From Turneriella sp. (GTDB taxonomy: Bacteria > Spirochaetota > Leptospiria > Turneriellales > Turneriellaceae), in assembly GCA_965279515.1 (NCBI GenBank), contig CBDIID010000003.1:1920001-1984000 (forward strand): a DNA stretch of 64,000 nucleotides, read 5' to 3'. Numbering within the stretch: the stretch's first letter is position 1; each line of letters opens with the position of its first letter. The notes under the pieces are model-generated. The model was given only the letters and a program-made list of their open reading frames with translations. It made no database searches and had not been told where the DNA came from. Position numbers and translations under genes: made by a program. Positions 29,128 to 41,200 of the stretch are shown piece after piece.

Positions 29128-30633
29128 ATGCATCAGAACTACTTTCGCAACTGCTACATCGCTATGTCGCTCGTCAGCTTTATGGCAAATGCGATTGTCG
29201 TCACCTCGATTACCTGGCTCAGCGGATTTTTCATCGCACCAGAGCAACGCTATCTTGCAAAAATTTTCGATTCCGATCTTACAGTACTGTTTTGTTCGCG
29301 TATTCTTCCGTTTGTCATTGTGATGCCGCTCATCGTATATAACCTCTCCCCGGGTTTTGCCACAGACTTCAAAGAACGCGTTATATCATCGGTGGCCTTG
29401 CAAAAACGCGTACTGCAGTTACCGATTCTCACGAGCATTTCGGCGACGCTGGGTTGGGTGATAGGAATTTTCTCTTTCGGAATCATCATTATTTTTTTCC
29501 GGCCTGGTACACCGTTGTCTTTTGTCTTCGACACCTTTGTATTTACCTGGGTTCTTGCTGCCATGGCGCTGTTGATATGCTATTATGCTCTCGAATTCAT
29601 CAATCGCCGCATGATACTTCCGCATATCAGTCAGCACATCAGCGCCGCGGCACTTAGAGGCACATTCAACCTCTCTATACGTATGCGACTGGCGATACAT
29701 CTGCTCGCCACGTTCGGCTTGCCGATGATTATTCTGGCACGCATTATTTTCTTCCTCGATGCGCATAAGCCCGCAGATTTCGCCTACCTTCAGGCACGCG
29801 ATCTCGTCATGTTACTCGGAATAATCGTAGCAACCGGCGTTGTGCTCACCTGGCTACAGAGTAAATTTATCAGCGCGCCCTTGCGTGAAATGCAGAATGC
29901 TACCGCTAGAATTCAGGCGGGTAATTTTTTGACAACCGTTTCCGTAACGTCAGGCGATGAAATCGGCACACTCGCGGCAGACATCAATTCGATGGCGCAG
30001 GGCCTGGCCGAACGCGAACAAATGCGCGAAACCTTCGGGCGTATTGTCGATCCCTCGGTACGTGATTATCTGCTGAAAGAAGGTCATCTCGAAGGGGAGC
30101 TCAGGCATGTCACGGTACTCTTCTGCGATCTTGCAGGCTTTACGACCTTTTCGGAAATACATGAACCCGCAGAGGTGGTCAACTTTCTCAACCGCTACTT
30201 TGCGCTCGGGCAGAAAACGGTCGCAGCGCATGGCGGTATCATCAACAAATTTATCGGCGACGCTTTCATGGCGCTCTTTAACGCACCCGCTCCGCTCGCT
30301 GCACATGCCGACGCCGCGATCGCTGCCGCTGAAGAGTTTCGTGCACGGTACCAGACCCTCGCGGGCACGCCTAAGCCTGGCATCCGCATCGGCATACACT
30401 CGGGCGCAGTGCTGGCCGGCCGTATTGGCAGCGATGAAAGGCAGGAATACACAGTCATCGGTGATACCGTCAACGTCGCTTCGCGCATCGAAGCGCTGGG
30501 CAAAAAGATCAGTGAGAATCTTTTATTCTCGGGAGAAACCGCCGCGCTACTCACGACGGAGAAACCATGGCGTCGAATCGGTCGTATCCGGCTGAGGGGT
30601 AAATCCGCCGAAACGGCCATATTTGCCCTGTAG
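29128..30633 (+). CDS. Membrane-bound HAMP-domain class III adenylate/guanylate cyclase
   Basis: About 6 TMs, HAMP (DEIGTLA..INSM), FCDLAGFT, KFIGDAFMA and YTVIGDTVNVASR. Confidence 0.92.
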   Translation: MHQNYFRNCYIAMSLVSFMANAIVVTSITWLSGFFIAPEQRYLAKIFDSDLTVLFCSRILPFVIVMPLIVYNLSPGFATDFKERVISSVALQKRVLQLPILTSISATLGWVIGIFSFGIIIIFFRPGTPLSFVFDTFVFTWVLAAMALLICYYALEFINRRMILPHISQHISAAALRGTFNLSIRMRLAIHLLATFGLPMIILARIIFFLDAHKPADFAYLQARDLVMLLGIIVATGVVLTWLQSKFISAPLREMQNATARIQAGNFLTTVSVTSGDEIGTLAADINSMAQGLAEREQMRETFGRIVDPSVRDYLLKEGHLEGELRHVTVLFCDLAGFTTFSEIHEPAEVVNFLNRYFALGQKTVAAHGGIINKFIGDAFMALFNAPAPLAAHADAAIAAAEEFRARYQTLAGTPKPGIRIGIHSGAVLAGRIGSDERQEYTVIGDTVNVASRIEALGKKISENLLFSGETAALLTTEKPWRRIGRIRLRGKSAETAIFAL

Positions 30634-30889
30634 CCATATTGGTGTGAGTGCACTTTTTTTTGCTTTTTCGTCTGTGACAGCCTGGCCGGGCTTTGGCGAC
30701 CGGCAGCAGAGTGATTTTTCTACGGCACACTCTAGTGCACGGTATTAGGTGCGGTTGCGGCGAAGATCACCAACCTTATAAAATCGGCGGATAGATGCGG
30801 TATATGCGGATGTTTTACGAAAATCAACAGGATTGGTCGAAAACGCTCCACCCTCTGGAATCACAGACCTGCTGGCTCGCGGCTAAACG

Positions 30890-33439
30890 CTACTGCAACA
30901 CCATCGTCTGCAGCTGCGCCGCCCTCTGGTGTTCAGGGTCGAGCTCCAGCACACGACGGATATAGCCGCGCGCCTTCGCGCCCCGGCGCATCATGATGTT
31001 GAGTTCCGCCGCCACCAGCAAATATCTCAGCTCTTCACCTTCGCGCAGCACACAGCGCTCTGCCCATTGCAGAGCCAGTTTAATCTTTTTTTCGCGGCGC
31101 AGCGTCTGCGCAATATTGTAACAAACTTCCAGATCATGCGGATTCAGATCGTGCAGGCGCATATAAACCTCCACGGCTGCCGCAGTATCGCCGGCTGCCA
31201 CCAGCGCCGCGGCTTTTTCACGCAGCGCCTCTGTGTCAGGCGTTTCACCGGAAATCATGCCTGCGGCATCGGCCTGGAACTCGATTTTGAGCAGGGATAG
31301 GTCGTCCATAATCTCGCCCATACCCTCGACGCGTTCGAGAATTTTCTTCAAATCACCGCCTGTTTCACGCACGTGCTCCAGGAACAACTGTTCGTTCTCG
31401 TTGATGATATTTGAACCGTCGGGGTTGCGCCCCAAAATGACATCGTCTCGCCCGTCTGAGCCCATGACCAGCGTATCACCCGGCTGCAGCTGAAAGCAGT
31501 GGATCTTGAGCTTGCCCTTGATGCCGGGCGTGCCGAGTTTGCGCAGAATATTCGCATCAAGAAAATGCGCTTCGCCGTTGCGGTAAAGAGCGATACTGGG
31601 ATGTTCGGCGTTGATGTAGTACATCAGCCCCGACGTCTCATCGATGAGACCGATTACCATGGAAATCAACATCGAGCCCTCAAAACTCTCGAAGATGCGG
31701 TGGAGTTCGAGAAAGGTCGTGTGTAGCCAGGTCTCAGGGAAAACATCCGAAAGTTCTTTTGTCCAGCGCATGCGCTCGATCGTCGACTGGAAGACCGCAC
31801 CCAAAACCAGCGCTCCACCTGCCCCCTGCATCGATTTGCCCATCGCATCGGCATTGACGAACACGACATAGGGTTTATCCTTCAAAGTGATGGAAGCTGC
31901 CATGTTGATGTCGCCGCCGATTTCGGATTTCCAGCGGCGGAACTCGAAGGTCTTTTTCTGTTTAATGAGATATTCAATCTGGATGTTCTTACTGGTACTG
32001 GTATTTGCCGCCAGCGGTTTTAAGAGCAGCGCCGTCAGAAAATAATCCGCATCCTGTTGTTTTTTGAGGTCAGAGACACGCACGAGGCTCGCCTGTAATT
32101 CGCGCGTGCGCTCTTCGACTTTCTTTTCGAGATTCGTGTTTAGCTCTTCGACCTCTTTATAGACATTGAGAAACCGGTTGGCGAGCATCACGGCGATTCC
32201 GAGAACAAAAAAAGCAAAACCGTATTTCGACAAGGCAACACCCGTGGCAAAAACCAGCGAATCGAGAATATCGAAAACGGCGGTTGCCATGATCGTGAGC
32301 ATACCCAAAACCAGATTCCCCGGGGGCGAAAACAGCATCGCATTTTTAAAAGATGCGACGAATTTCCCGAAAGCGCTTTTGCGGCCCGAACGCGCGATGC
32401 GGGCCTTTATTTCGCGCACCACGGCCCGCATCAGCTGAAAAATAACGAAATACAGAATACCGATCAGGGCGATGAGCTGCCAGATTCGTAAAATGGAAGT
32501 ATTAAAAACTGATGTCGTGGGTATTACCACAAGGGAAAGTGCCAGGGCAATGCCTGCGTAGATTTTCGGGAACAGTGAAATCCGGTTGCCGAATAATTTA
32601 TCAACGAAAAACAAAAATGCGGATACCATGTTGAACAACACCACGTATTCAACTTTTTGTATTAACGTCGAATCACGGATAATGTCGAAGACAATTCCTG
32701 TACGCGTAAAGAGATAGATAAAAATACCGACACAGAAAATGCCGAAATAGAAGTTATAGCTTTCCTGACGACGGCGCGAATAGAGTAACAGGTGGTAGAG
32801 ACCGATCGCCAGATAGAGCGAAATCAGAATTAAGACGATCGTTTCACCGCGCTTCTGCATCAGTACACGCAGGGAATCCACCTCGTAGGGCTGCCCCATA
32901 AAAAAGCCGACGTCGGCACTGCCTGCATCCCCGGCGAAACGGAATGCCAGCAGATTTTCCCCGTCGACGAGAGCTGATGCGGGAATTTCAATCAGCGCAT
33001 CGCGTACAGCGCGGTGCCGGTAAATTTTTTCATTCTTCGCGTCGGCAAACCATTCAGAAGCGATCTGTTTGCCGTTGAGGAAAATCTGCCAGTTATCAGC
33101 GATTGCACCAAGGCGCAGCCCCCATGCCTGGGGCAATTTGCGCTCGTCGGGCGTGAGGAAAAACCTCGTGATCGCGGTATAGTCGTGCAGGCCATGCACG
33201 GGCCATTTATAGATGCCGGGCGCCGGGAAGGGTGCCCCCAATGTGGACACCTTAACCGGCCGGTTGTCGCCCGGCGACGAGGGTATATGCTTCCAATCGG
33301 AGAGTTTTTTCGCGCGCTCGGGCCAGTCCTTGAGCCAGGCGGCGTCAAACCCCGGACGAATGAACAGATCTTCGCGTATGAGATTTTTCGCCGAAACGGG
33401 AAAACCCACAAGTAACAAAAGCCATCCCACTATGCGCAT
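30890..33439 (-). CDS. 7TM sensor - SpoIIE/PP2C phosphatase - TPR protein
   Basis: Signal peptide, extracellular domain, ~7 TMs, coiled coil, GGD...DAMGKS...SDG...DD PP2C motifs, TPR-like tail. Confidence 0.88.
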   Translation of the reverse strand: MRIVGWLLLLVGFPVSAKNLIREDLFIRPGFDAAWLKDWPERAKKLSDWKHIPSSPGDNRPVKVSTLGAPFPAPGIYKWPVHGLHDYTAITRFFLTPDERKLPQAWGLRLGAIADNWQIFLNGKQIASEWFADAKNEKIYRHRAVRDALIEIPASALVDGENLLAFRFAGDAGSADVGFFMGQPYEVDSLRVLMQKRGETIVLILISLYLAIGLYHLLLYSRRRQESYNFYFGIFCVGIFIYLFTRTGIVFDIIRDSTLIQKVEYVVLFNMVSAFLFFVDKLFGNRISLFPKIYAGIALALSLVVIPTTSVFNTSILRIWQLIALIGILYFVIFQLMRAVVREIKARIARSGRKSAFGKFVASFKNAMLFSPPGNLVLGMLTIMATAVFDILDSLVFATGVALSKYGFAFFVLGIAVMLANRFLNVYKEVEELNTNLEKKVEERTRELQASLVRVSDLKKQQDADYFLTALLLKPLAANTSTSKNIQIEYLIKQKKTFEFRRWKSEIGGDINMAASITLKDKPYVVFVNADAMGKSMQGAGGALVLGAVFQSTIERMRWTKELSDVFPETWLHTTFLELHRIFESFEGSMLISMVIGLIDETSGLMYYINAEHPSIALYRNGEAHFLDANILRKLGTPGIKGKLKIHCFQLQPGDTLVMGSDGRDDVILGRNPDGSNIINENEQLFLEHVRETGGDLKKILERVEGMGEIMDDLSLLKIEFQADAAGMISGETPDTEALREKAAALVAAGDTAAAVEVYMRLHDLNPHDLEVCYNIAQTLRREKKIKLALQWAERCVLREGEELRYLLVAAELNIMMRRGAKARGYIRRVLELDPEHQRAAQLQTMVLQ

Positions 33440-33541
33440 ATGCCAAGTATAGAGGTGCAGCGATTCTGGGTAGGAAAATTCCCAAATCGGGCTTTACGGT
33501 TACAGCAAGTTTACGTGCGCTAGCCGTACTCGGCACGCTTT

Positions 33542-34276
33542 ATGAAAATTCTCGTGATTGAAGACGACGAAATTCAGTATGAACTATTAGGGGCGATCTT
33601 TAAGCAAATCGGAATCGAAGGTTTTTTCTGCGGCACGGGCGAAGCAGGCCTCGAAAAACTCAAGACGCATTTTTTTGACGCCGTCATTCTCGACCTCGGC
33701 CTGCCCGGCAAAAGCGGCGTCCAGGTCTTAAAGGCGATTCGCGAGAATGTCATGACCAAAGAAATCGCCGTCATCGTGCTCACAGCATCAAAAACGCGCG
33801 AGACGCTAATGCAGTGCATGAAATACGGCATCAGCGACTATATCGGCAAGCCGTTTCAGCTGCAGCAGTTTGCGCAAAAGATGGCGACGTTAAAGCGTAT
33901 TCTGACTCTTAAGAATGTCAGCGCCGACAAGGCCGATGCCGTTAAGGTCATCATGGAGCGGATGCCCGACGTTGTTAAATTTACCTTTGGCGGTTTATTC
34001 AACGACGAGTCGGTACGCCGCTTTCTCGTGTATTATACCAGCGCATTTAAGGCGCTGACAAAATCTGACAGCGTGCTGCTGAATTTTGCAGCGCTGCCGA
34101 ACCTGAGTGAGCCGCAACTCAGGATGTTTGGCCTCATTTCAGACGCAATACAACCCAAAAAACCCGTCGTCGTCGCCGGCCGCAGTTATGGCCCGATGCT
34201 TGGGGTTCTGCAAGACCATGAAGAGCGCCTCTTCATCACTGAAGAAGACGCTTTAGAGTTTTTAGGACAGAAATAA
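33542..34276 (+). CDS. Response regulator (receiver plus STAS-like C-terminal region)
   Basis: IEDDE, LDLGLP, LTA and KPF receiver motifs; the C-terminal assignment is tentative. Confidence 0.85.
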   Translation: MKILVIEDDEIQYELLGAIFKQIGIEGFFCGTGEAGLEKLKTHFFDAVILDLGLPGKSGVQVLKAIRENVMTKEIAVIVLTASKTRETLMQCMKYGISDYIGKPFQLQQFAQKMATLKRILTLKNVSADKADAVKVIMERMPDVVKFTFGGLFNDESVRRFLVYYTSAFKALTKSDSVLLNFAALPNLSEPQLRMFGLISDAIQPKKPVVVAGRSYGPMLGVLQDHEERLFITEEDALEFLGQK

Positions 34277-35950
<1,674 letters not shown>

Positions 35951-35987
35951 GACTTTTCCCTATTTGAAAAATTTATCGGCGTCGCCT

Positions 35988-36045
35988 GACCCCACCCCTA
36001 GCCCCTCCCCTATTAGGGGAGGGGTGCCGAAGGCGGGGAGGGGTT
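35988..36045. repeat. REP-like element, copy 3 (intergenic)
   Basis: GACCCCACCCCTAGCCCCTCCCCTATTAGGGGAGGGGTGCCGAAGGCGGGGAGGGGTT. Confidence 0.85.
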
Positions 36046-36063
36046 TGGCTATATAGCCGTAGA

Positions 36064-37086
36064 TCATATCGAATTCTCATCGGAAGGTTGCGCCGGTTGC
36101 GGTCCGCCCGGTGCAGGCATCGGCGCCAGTTCGCCCGGTGGATTGATCTGCACCGGCCCGCGCTCGCCGACTTTTTCAAGCGTCGACTCGAAGGGGCGCA
36201 GCGTAAAAGACACGGCAAAGATGACGGCGCAAAGCAACGCCAGGTACTGCCGGCGCCGGTCGAGCGGCTGCCGCGTCGTCGCCTGCGTCATATCGAAGAA
36301 CAGCGGGTTCTTTGCCTGTCGGAGTTCGGGATGCTCGACGCCGAGATAAATAAACATCAGAACGAAAGCAAACCACATCGGGTAATAGAGCGCCATGACA
36401 AAAAGGAAGGCCATGAAGATATAGGCGATGTCGCGCTGGCGGTTGCCAAAGAGCGCATAGACAATTTGTCCGCCCGAAAGCGAACCCAGCGGAAAAAGAT
36501 TGATCGCGGTAAAGAGCAAACCCGCCCAGCCCGCGGCGAGCAGCGGGTGCGCCGCGAGGTCATAGCCCAGGGGGATATCCTTCATGAGTCGTGCAATGCC
36601 CTTGAGGATCAAAGGATTTTCAAACTGGGGAGTGCCCGCCACTACTTCACTTAAATAGGTACCAAGGACAAGGCAGGGCACCGAAAACGAAAAGCTCATC
36701 ACCGGCCCCCAAAAGGCGATGTCAAAAAGCGCGCGCGTATTCACGCCGACATTGGCAGTGCGCGTGATGACGCCGAAGGTGCCGAAAGGCGAAAATACCG
36801 GCATCGGGATAAAAAACGGTAACCCGGCATAAACGCCGTACGAGCGCGCCTGCACAAAGCGCGCGAAGGCATAGGACGAAAGAATGACAATCACGGCCAC
36901 TGCATAGATCGCCGCATCGATATATTTTGCCGACGCCGTGCTATGCGACGAGAAATTCGCACCGGCTAAAAAAAGCGTAAAGCAGGTCAGTACAAAAAGC
37001 ACGAGGTGCCGGCGCCGCGTCGCGGTATCGCTCTGGCGAAAGCCGTCGCGGATGATGTTCCAGTTGCGTTTTATTTTCCCTAACAT
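36064..37086 (-). CDS. Site-2 protease (M50) family membrane protein lacking catalytic motifs
   Basis: LPFFIP..FGTFG, LFDIAFWGP, HPL..AGWAGL..TAINLFP...GG match the M50 family. Start at MLGKIK (37086) fits the upstream stop. Confidence 0.85.
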   Translation of the reverse strand: MLGKIKRNWNIIRDGFRQSDTATRRRHLVLFVLTCFTLFLAGANFSSHSTASAKYIDAAIYAVAVIVILSSYAFARFVQARSYGVYAGLPFFIPMPVFSPFGTFGVITRTANVGVNTRALFDIAFWGPVMSFSFSVPCLVLGTYLSEVVAGTPQFENPLILKGIARLMKDIPLGYDLAAHPLLAAGWAGLLFTAINLFPLGSLSGGQIVYALFGNRQRDIAYIFMAFLFVMALYYPMWFAFVLMFIYLGVEHPELRQAKNPLFFDMTQATTRQPLDRRRQYLALLCAVIFAVSFTLRPFESTLEKVGERGPVQINPPGELAPMPAPGGPQPAQPSDENSI

Positions 37087-37087
37087 A

Positions 37088-39481
37088 TCAGTCAATGAGC
37101 TCGGGCAGGCGCTTCGTTGGCGCTTTTTGCCCCGGCGGTTTTCCACCTGACCTTTTTTTCTTCACCGCCTGTACAGAAACTTCGCGTTTCCGCTCCAGCG
37201 CCGCGGTCTCCTGCATTGTCGGGTATTGCGGCCGTTCATGGTAGGTGCTGACGAGCACGTCAAGAAACGCCTTGCGCACAACCGAAAGCTCGCCCAACGT
37301 CAGGGGGGATTCATGGAACTGCTCTTCGCTGATCTTATTTTCGATGATGCGGTCAATGATCGAGGCGAACTCTTCCGCACTGGCGGTCGTCGCTGTACGC
37401 GACGCCGCCTCAACGCTGTCAGCGATCATCGCCACCGCGGTTTCGCGGCTCTGCGGCTTGGGTCCGGGGTACTGGAACTGTTTGCGCGTGATCGGCTGCG
37501 CACTTTTGCCGTCCGCCTGCTCCAGCGCCTTATGGTAAAAATACTGTATCGTCGTCGTGCCGTGGTGCTCGGGAATAAAACTGATGACCTTTTCGGGCAG
37601 GCGGTTCTCCCGCGCCATCGCGACACCGTCGCTCACGTGCCGGGTAATCATCTGCGCCGACTTGAGCGCGCCCAGCTTCTTGAAGGCTTCAGAGGTAGGA
37701 TAGAGGTGGCGATTCTCAGCATAAAAATCCGGGTGCGCCATTTTGCCGATGTCGTGGAACAGGCAACCGACGCGCGTGAGCAGGGTATCGCCACCGAGTG
37801 CACGCACTGCAGCCTCGCTGAGATTAGCCAGCATGACACTGTGTGAGTGCGTCGATGGCGCAATCGCCGCCATACGTATCAGCAGGGGATGATTGAAGTC
37901 GTTCAGTTCCATGAGCCGAAATGGCGTCGGCAGGTTGAAGATAAATTCTATCAGCGGCAAAAGGCCGAGAGTCAGCAGAATGCTGAGAACGCTGTTCGTC
38001 AGAACAGCGGCGACCTTCAGGTCGTAACTTTTCGCCGATGGCGCCATGAGTTCGAAACCTGAAATCAACACAAAGTTTGCGATTGCAATAATGAGCCCGC
38101 CCTTAAACATCTGTGTGCGCTTCTCCATACGCGTCGAGGCATAGAGCCCCGCAATGGCAGAGGTCAGGGCCAGCATCAGGCTCTGGTTATCAAAGCCTGT
38201 GAGAATGTATGAGTATATCGCGAGATAGATGCCGGCCGAGAGGGCAATCCGCGCACCAAAAAATTGCCCCGTCAAAATGCCGAAAAACCCGAAGGGAACA
38301 AAAAGAACAAAATTCACGTCATAACCGCGCAGGGGGTTGACCATCATGATGATGAGTTCGGTGACGAACATCACCCAAAACAGGCCATGCAAAATAAAGT
38401 GAGACCCATAATCTCTCACCTGCTCATAAGCAAAACGAAACGTGAAATAACACAGCGATACGGCGAGCACTCCCATCACCAGCAAAATGCCCAACACCTG
38501 CGAACCGTTGCGGCGCCGGTGATTATCGCGCACCTGCTCGAGCAACTTAATTTTCTCCGCGTCAATGATGTCGCCGGCGCGGATCAGCATCGTGCCGCGC
38601 TTAATAAGACGCGTGACGGGCGTCACTTTCTCCGCGGCCTGCCGGCGCCTGAGTTCGGTATATTGCGGATTATATGTCAGGGCTGGGTTTTCCCGCATGA
38701 GCTCGCGTATGCGCGTCAGAATAATACGCAACGTCCCCGGTGCAAGATCGGGGTCGGCGAGGCGGTTCTCGCGGATGATGAGTTTCACGGAACCTTCGAC
38801 GCTCTGCAGCTGTTCTGCCATCCACACCAGATCGTGTACTTCGCGCATGCCGCCGATGGTACGTATCTGCGCGCCCTTTTCGAGAAGTTCGCCCAGGACT
38901 TTGTCGGCGAGGTTAGCTGTCAAAAAACCGGCTTCGTTGAAGGCTTTCTCACCCAGGCGCTCGGCTTTGGCTTCCATGACATCCGCTTTTTTTTCACGGA
39001 TAAGTCCCTCGACGTCTTCGCGGCGGTAAAGCGCGCCCTTAAGAAACGGCAGGCGTTCGGTGAGTAGCGCGGTGCGCTGCGCTGCGGGCAGGGCCGGGCT
39101 TTCGCGCACCGTATTGGCGATCCATGTGAAATCCGTCTTGAGCTGCTGCTGCACCTTTTCGAAGACTGCCAGGTCGCGGTCAAACGCGGGCCGCTCGCGC
39201 TCGAACGCAGTTCTTTTGAGACGTTCAGTTTCGGGCTGGTCGACGATTTTCAGATCCATGAGCGCCTTGAAATCCGCCTCTGCAATCTGCCCCGCTTCGA
39301 AGCGCGGCAGCTTTTGTACGAGGGGTAGCGCCAGGAGTAACGTTGAAACGATGAGTGTCAGGCCATAAGAGATGAGCGCGGCTTTCTTAATGTCGCTGGG
39401 CGTGCGCCGCTCGGAGAGGAAACGGTTGAACCTGACACCCGACGCCCGCAGCTTTTGGCTTAGACCGGTGCGGGCCATCAA
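37088..39481 (-). CDS. 7TM-HD family phosphohydrolase (PgpH-like)
   Basis: N-terminal TM, large extracellular domain, ~7 TMs, APST.SHS, FHDIGK, EHHGTT, YPGPKPQSRE and ADSVEAASR. Confidence 0.9.
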   Translation of the reverse strand: MMARTGLSQKLRASGVRFNRFLSERRTPSDIKKAALISYGLTLIVSTLLLALPLVQKLPRFEAGQIAEADFKALMDLKIVDQPETERLKRTAFERERPAFDRDLAVFEKVQQQLKTDFTWIANTVRESPALPAAQRTALLTERLPFLKGALYRREDVEGLIREKKADVMEAKAERLGEKAFNEAGFLTANLADKVLGELLEKGAQIRTIGGMREVHDLVWMAEQLQSVEGSVKLIIRENRLADPDLAPGTLRIILTRIRELMRENPALTYNPQYTELRRRQAAEKVTPVTRLIKRGTMLIRAGDIIDAEKIKLLEQVRDNHRRRNGSQVLGILLVMGVLAVSLCYFTFRFAYEQVRDYGSHFILHGLFWVMFVTELIIMMVNPLRGYDVNFVLFVPFGFFGILTGQFFGARIALSAGIYLAIYSYILTGFDNQSLMLALTSAIAGLYASTRMEKRTQMFKGGLIIAIANFVLISGFELMAPSAKSYDLKVAAVLTNSVLSILLTLGLLPLIEFIFNLPTPFRLMELNDFNHPLLIRMAAIAPSTHSHSVMLANLSEAAVRALGGDTLLTRVGCLFHDIGKMAHPDFYAENRHLYPTSEAFKKLGALKSAQMITRHVSDGVAMARENRLPEKVISFIPEHHGTTTIQYFYHKALEQADGKSAQPITRKQFQYPGPKPQSRETAVAMIADSVEAASRTATTASAEEFASIIDRIIENKISEEQFHESPLTLGELSVVRKAFLDVLVSTYHERPQYPTMQETAALERKREVSVQAVKKKRSGGKPPGQKAPTKRLPELID

Positions 39482-39483
39482 AA

Positions 39484-39966
39484 TTATTTTTTGGCTTTGC
39501 GGCTGAGTTCGGCGAGCAGGGCTTCATGGCCAGCGAGAATATTTTCGACCTGTGCTTCATTCAGCGATTTTTTGTCGCGCAGTTCAACCAGTAAGGCGCG
39601 CAGGAATTTCTGTTCGGTCGCCGCATAGTCGAGCAGGTATTCCTGTGCGCGCAGCGTTTCATGGAGGTCTTTCATGCGCCCAGCCATGAGGTCGAGCGTG
39701 TTTTCACGGACGGCCTTTTCTTTATGCCATTCTTTCTCGATTTCGTCGCGGTATTTCTGTACGTTCTCCAGGGCGGAGCTGATATTGCGTTGCTGGTATA
39801 AGAGCTGGGCTTCAAACTCGGTCAGTTTTTCAAATGCCTGAGCGCGCACCTCGGAATTCGCGAGCTCGTCGGTCGTAAAGCGCAGGATGCTCTCGATGCG
39901 GGAAAGCACGTCGGTTTCGCTGAACTTGCTATCCGCCTCATTTCCCGGTTTTTTGGCTTCAGCCAT
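39484..39966 (-). CDS. Hypothetical coiled-coil protein
   Basis: Charged helical ORF; probable start MAEAKK; ends 2 nt before the HD gene. Confidence 0.7.
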   Translation of the reverse strand: MAEAKKPGNEADSKFSETDVLSRIESILRFTTDELANSEVRAQAFEKLTEFEAQLLYQQRNISSALENVQKYRDEIEKEWHKEKAVRENTLDLMAGRMKDLHETLRAQEYLLDYAATEQKFLRALLVELRDKKSLNEAQVENILAGHEALLAELSRKAKK

Positions 39967-40045
39967 GCGCGATTTTACAAAGGATTGACGTGAGGTCAAA
40001 AAGAATAACACTGCGACCCTACGAGGCATTTAAAGGCCGGTATTT

Positions 40046-40774
40046 ATGCGCGAAACGCCCCCCATTGAGCCCAAATTAAAAGCCGCCATCGACGCGGCGA
40101 TCAGCAAGGAACACCTTGTACGTATACGTGCTTACGCCGTCATTTCAGCGACCGAATCGGGCCTGAGCTACATCGTCGAATCGATCCTCAAAAAATACGG
40201 CCGCGACGACATGGTCGGCCCCGTCTATACATCGGTCAAAGAATTGTCCTTGAACGGCGCCAAGGCTAACTTCAAGCGTATCCTGTTCGAAGACGAGAAT
40301 CTCAACGCTGAAAACGACGGCGAATATGACAAGGGAATGGATCTCTTCAAACATAACCTCAACGAAAACTGGGTTCTCGAATACGGTAAAAAATCCAAAC
40401 AACGCAAACTCTACGTCGATATCTTCTTCGACTTCAACGCCGACCGCCTGATCGTCGAAGTCCTGAACAACAGGCCGATTTCGCAAAAAGAAGACAAACG
40501 CATCCGCGAAAAGTTCCACACCGCGATGCGCTACGACGATATCGCGCAGTTTTATATGGAAGGCGGCGACTCTTCTGAAGGCGCAGGTATGGGTATCGTG
40601 CTGGTGACGATGATGCTCAAGGCACAACAGATCGATCCGCATCTTTTCACGATCCGTTCTGATTACCGCGAGAAAACTCTGGCGCGTGTGGAGTTTCCGC
40701 TCTCACATGACTACCAGCCGTCACGCCAACGCTTCATCACAGAGTCGAACGCCGAGCTTGTGCTCAGCGTCTGA
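40046..40774 (+). CDS. Hypothetical protein with HATPase-like motifs
   Basis: KELSLNGAKAN (N-box-like) and GAGMGIVLV (G-box-like); no H-box evident. Confidence 0.65.
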   Translation: MRETPPIEPKLKAAIDAAISKEHLVRIRAYAVISATESGLSYIVESILKKYGRDDMVGPVYTSVKELSLNGAKANFKRILFEDENLNAENDGEYDKGMDLFKHNLNENWVLEYGKKSKQRKLYVDIFFDFNADRLIVEVLNNRPISQKEDKRIREKFHTAMRYDDIAQFYMEGGDSSEGAGMGIVLVTMMLKAQQIDPHLFTIRSDYREKTLARVEFPLSHDYQPSRQRFITESNAELVLSV

Positions 40775-40776
40775 AA

Positions 40777-41193
40777 TTGAAACCGGCGATCACCGGTGGC
40801 TGTTTGTGCGGAAATATCCGCTATTCATACAATGGAGAACCGGGTATGGCGAACTACTGCCACTGTGCCGATTGTCGCAAAATCACCGGCAGCGCCTTCA
40901 ACGTCGGTATCCGTTTCGAAAAGATAAATTTCACTCTACTGAGCGGTGAAATAAAACGGTTCACTAAAAACGGCGAGAGTGGCCGCTTCATCACGCGCGC
41001 GTTTTGCCCGGATTGCGGCTCTCCCATTTTTACGGAATCTGAAGCACATCCCGAATTACTCTATATCAAGGCGGGTAGCCTCGATCAACCTGCAATAGTG
41101 CGGCCCGCATACGAGATCTATAACGAGTCCAAAGTGGCGTGGTCCCAGATTCCCACGGGCATCAAATCTTACCCGCGCGGCTCAGGGCTCTGA
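40777..41193 (+). CDS. GFA (glutathione-dependent formaldehyde-activating) family protein
   Basis: GGCLCG, CHCADCRK and FCPDCGSP zinc motifs. Confidence 0.92.
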   Translation: MKPAITGGCLCGNIRYSYNGEPGMANYCHCADCRKITGSAFNVGIRFEKINFTLLSGEIKRFTKNGESGRFITRAFCPDCGSPIFTESEAHPELLYIKAGSLDQPAIVRPAYEIYNESKVAWSQIPTGIKSYPRGSGL

Positions 41194-41200
41194 TTCAGGA

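Noticed and set aside
38264..39067. 267-aa plus-strand ORF
   Set aside because: Antisense to the well-supported 7TM-HD gene.
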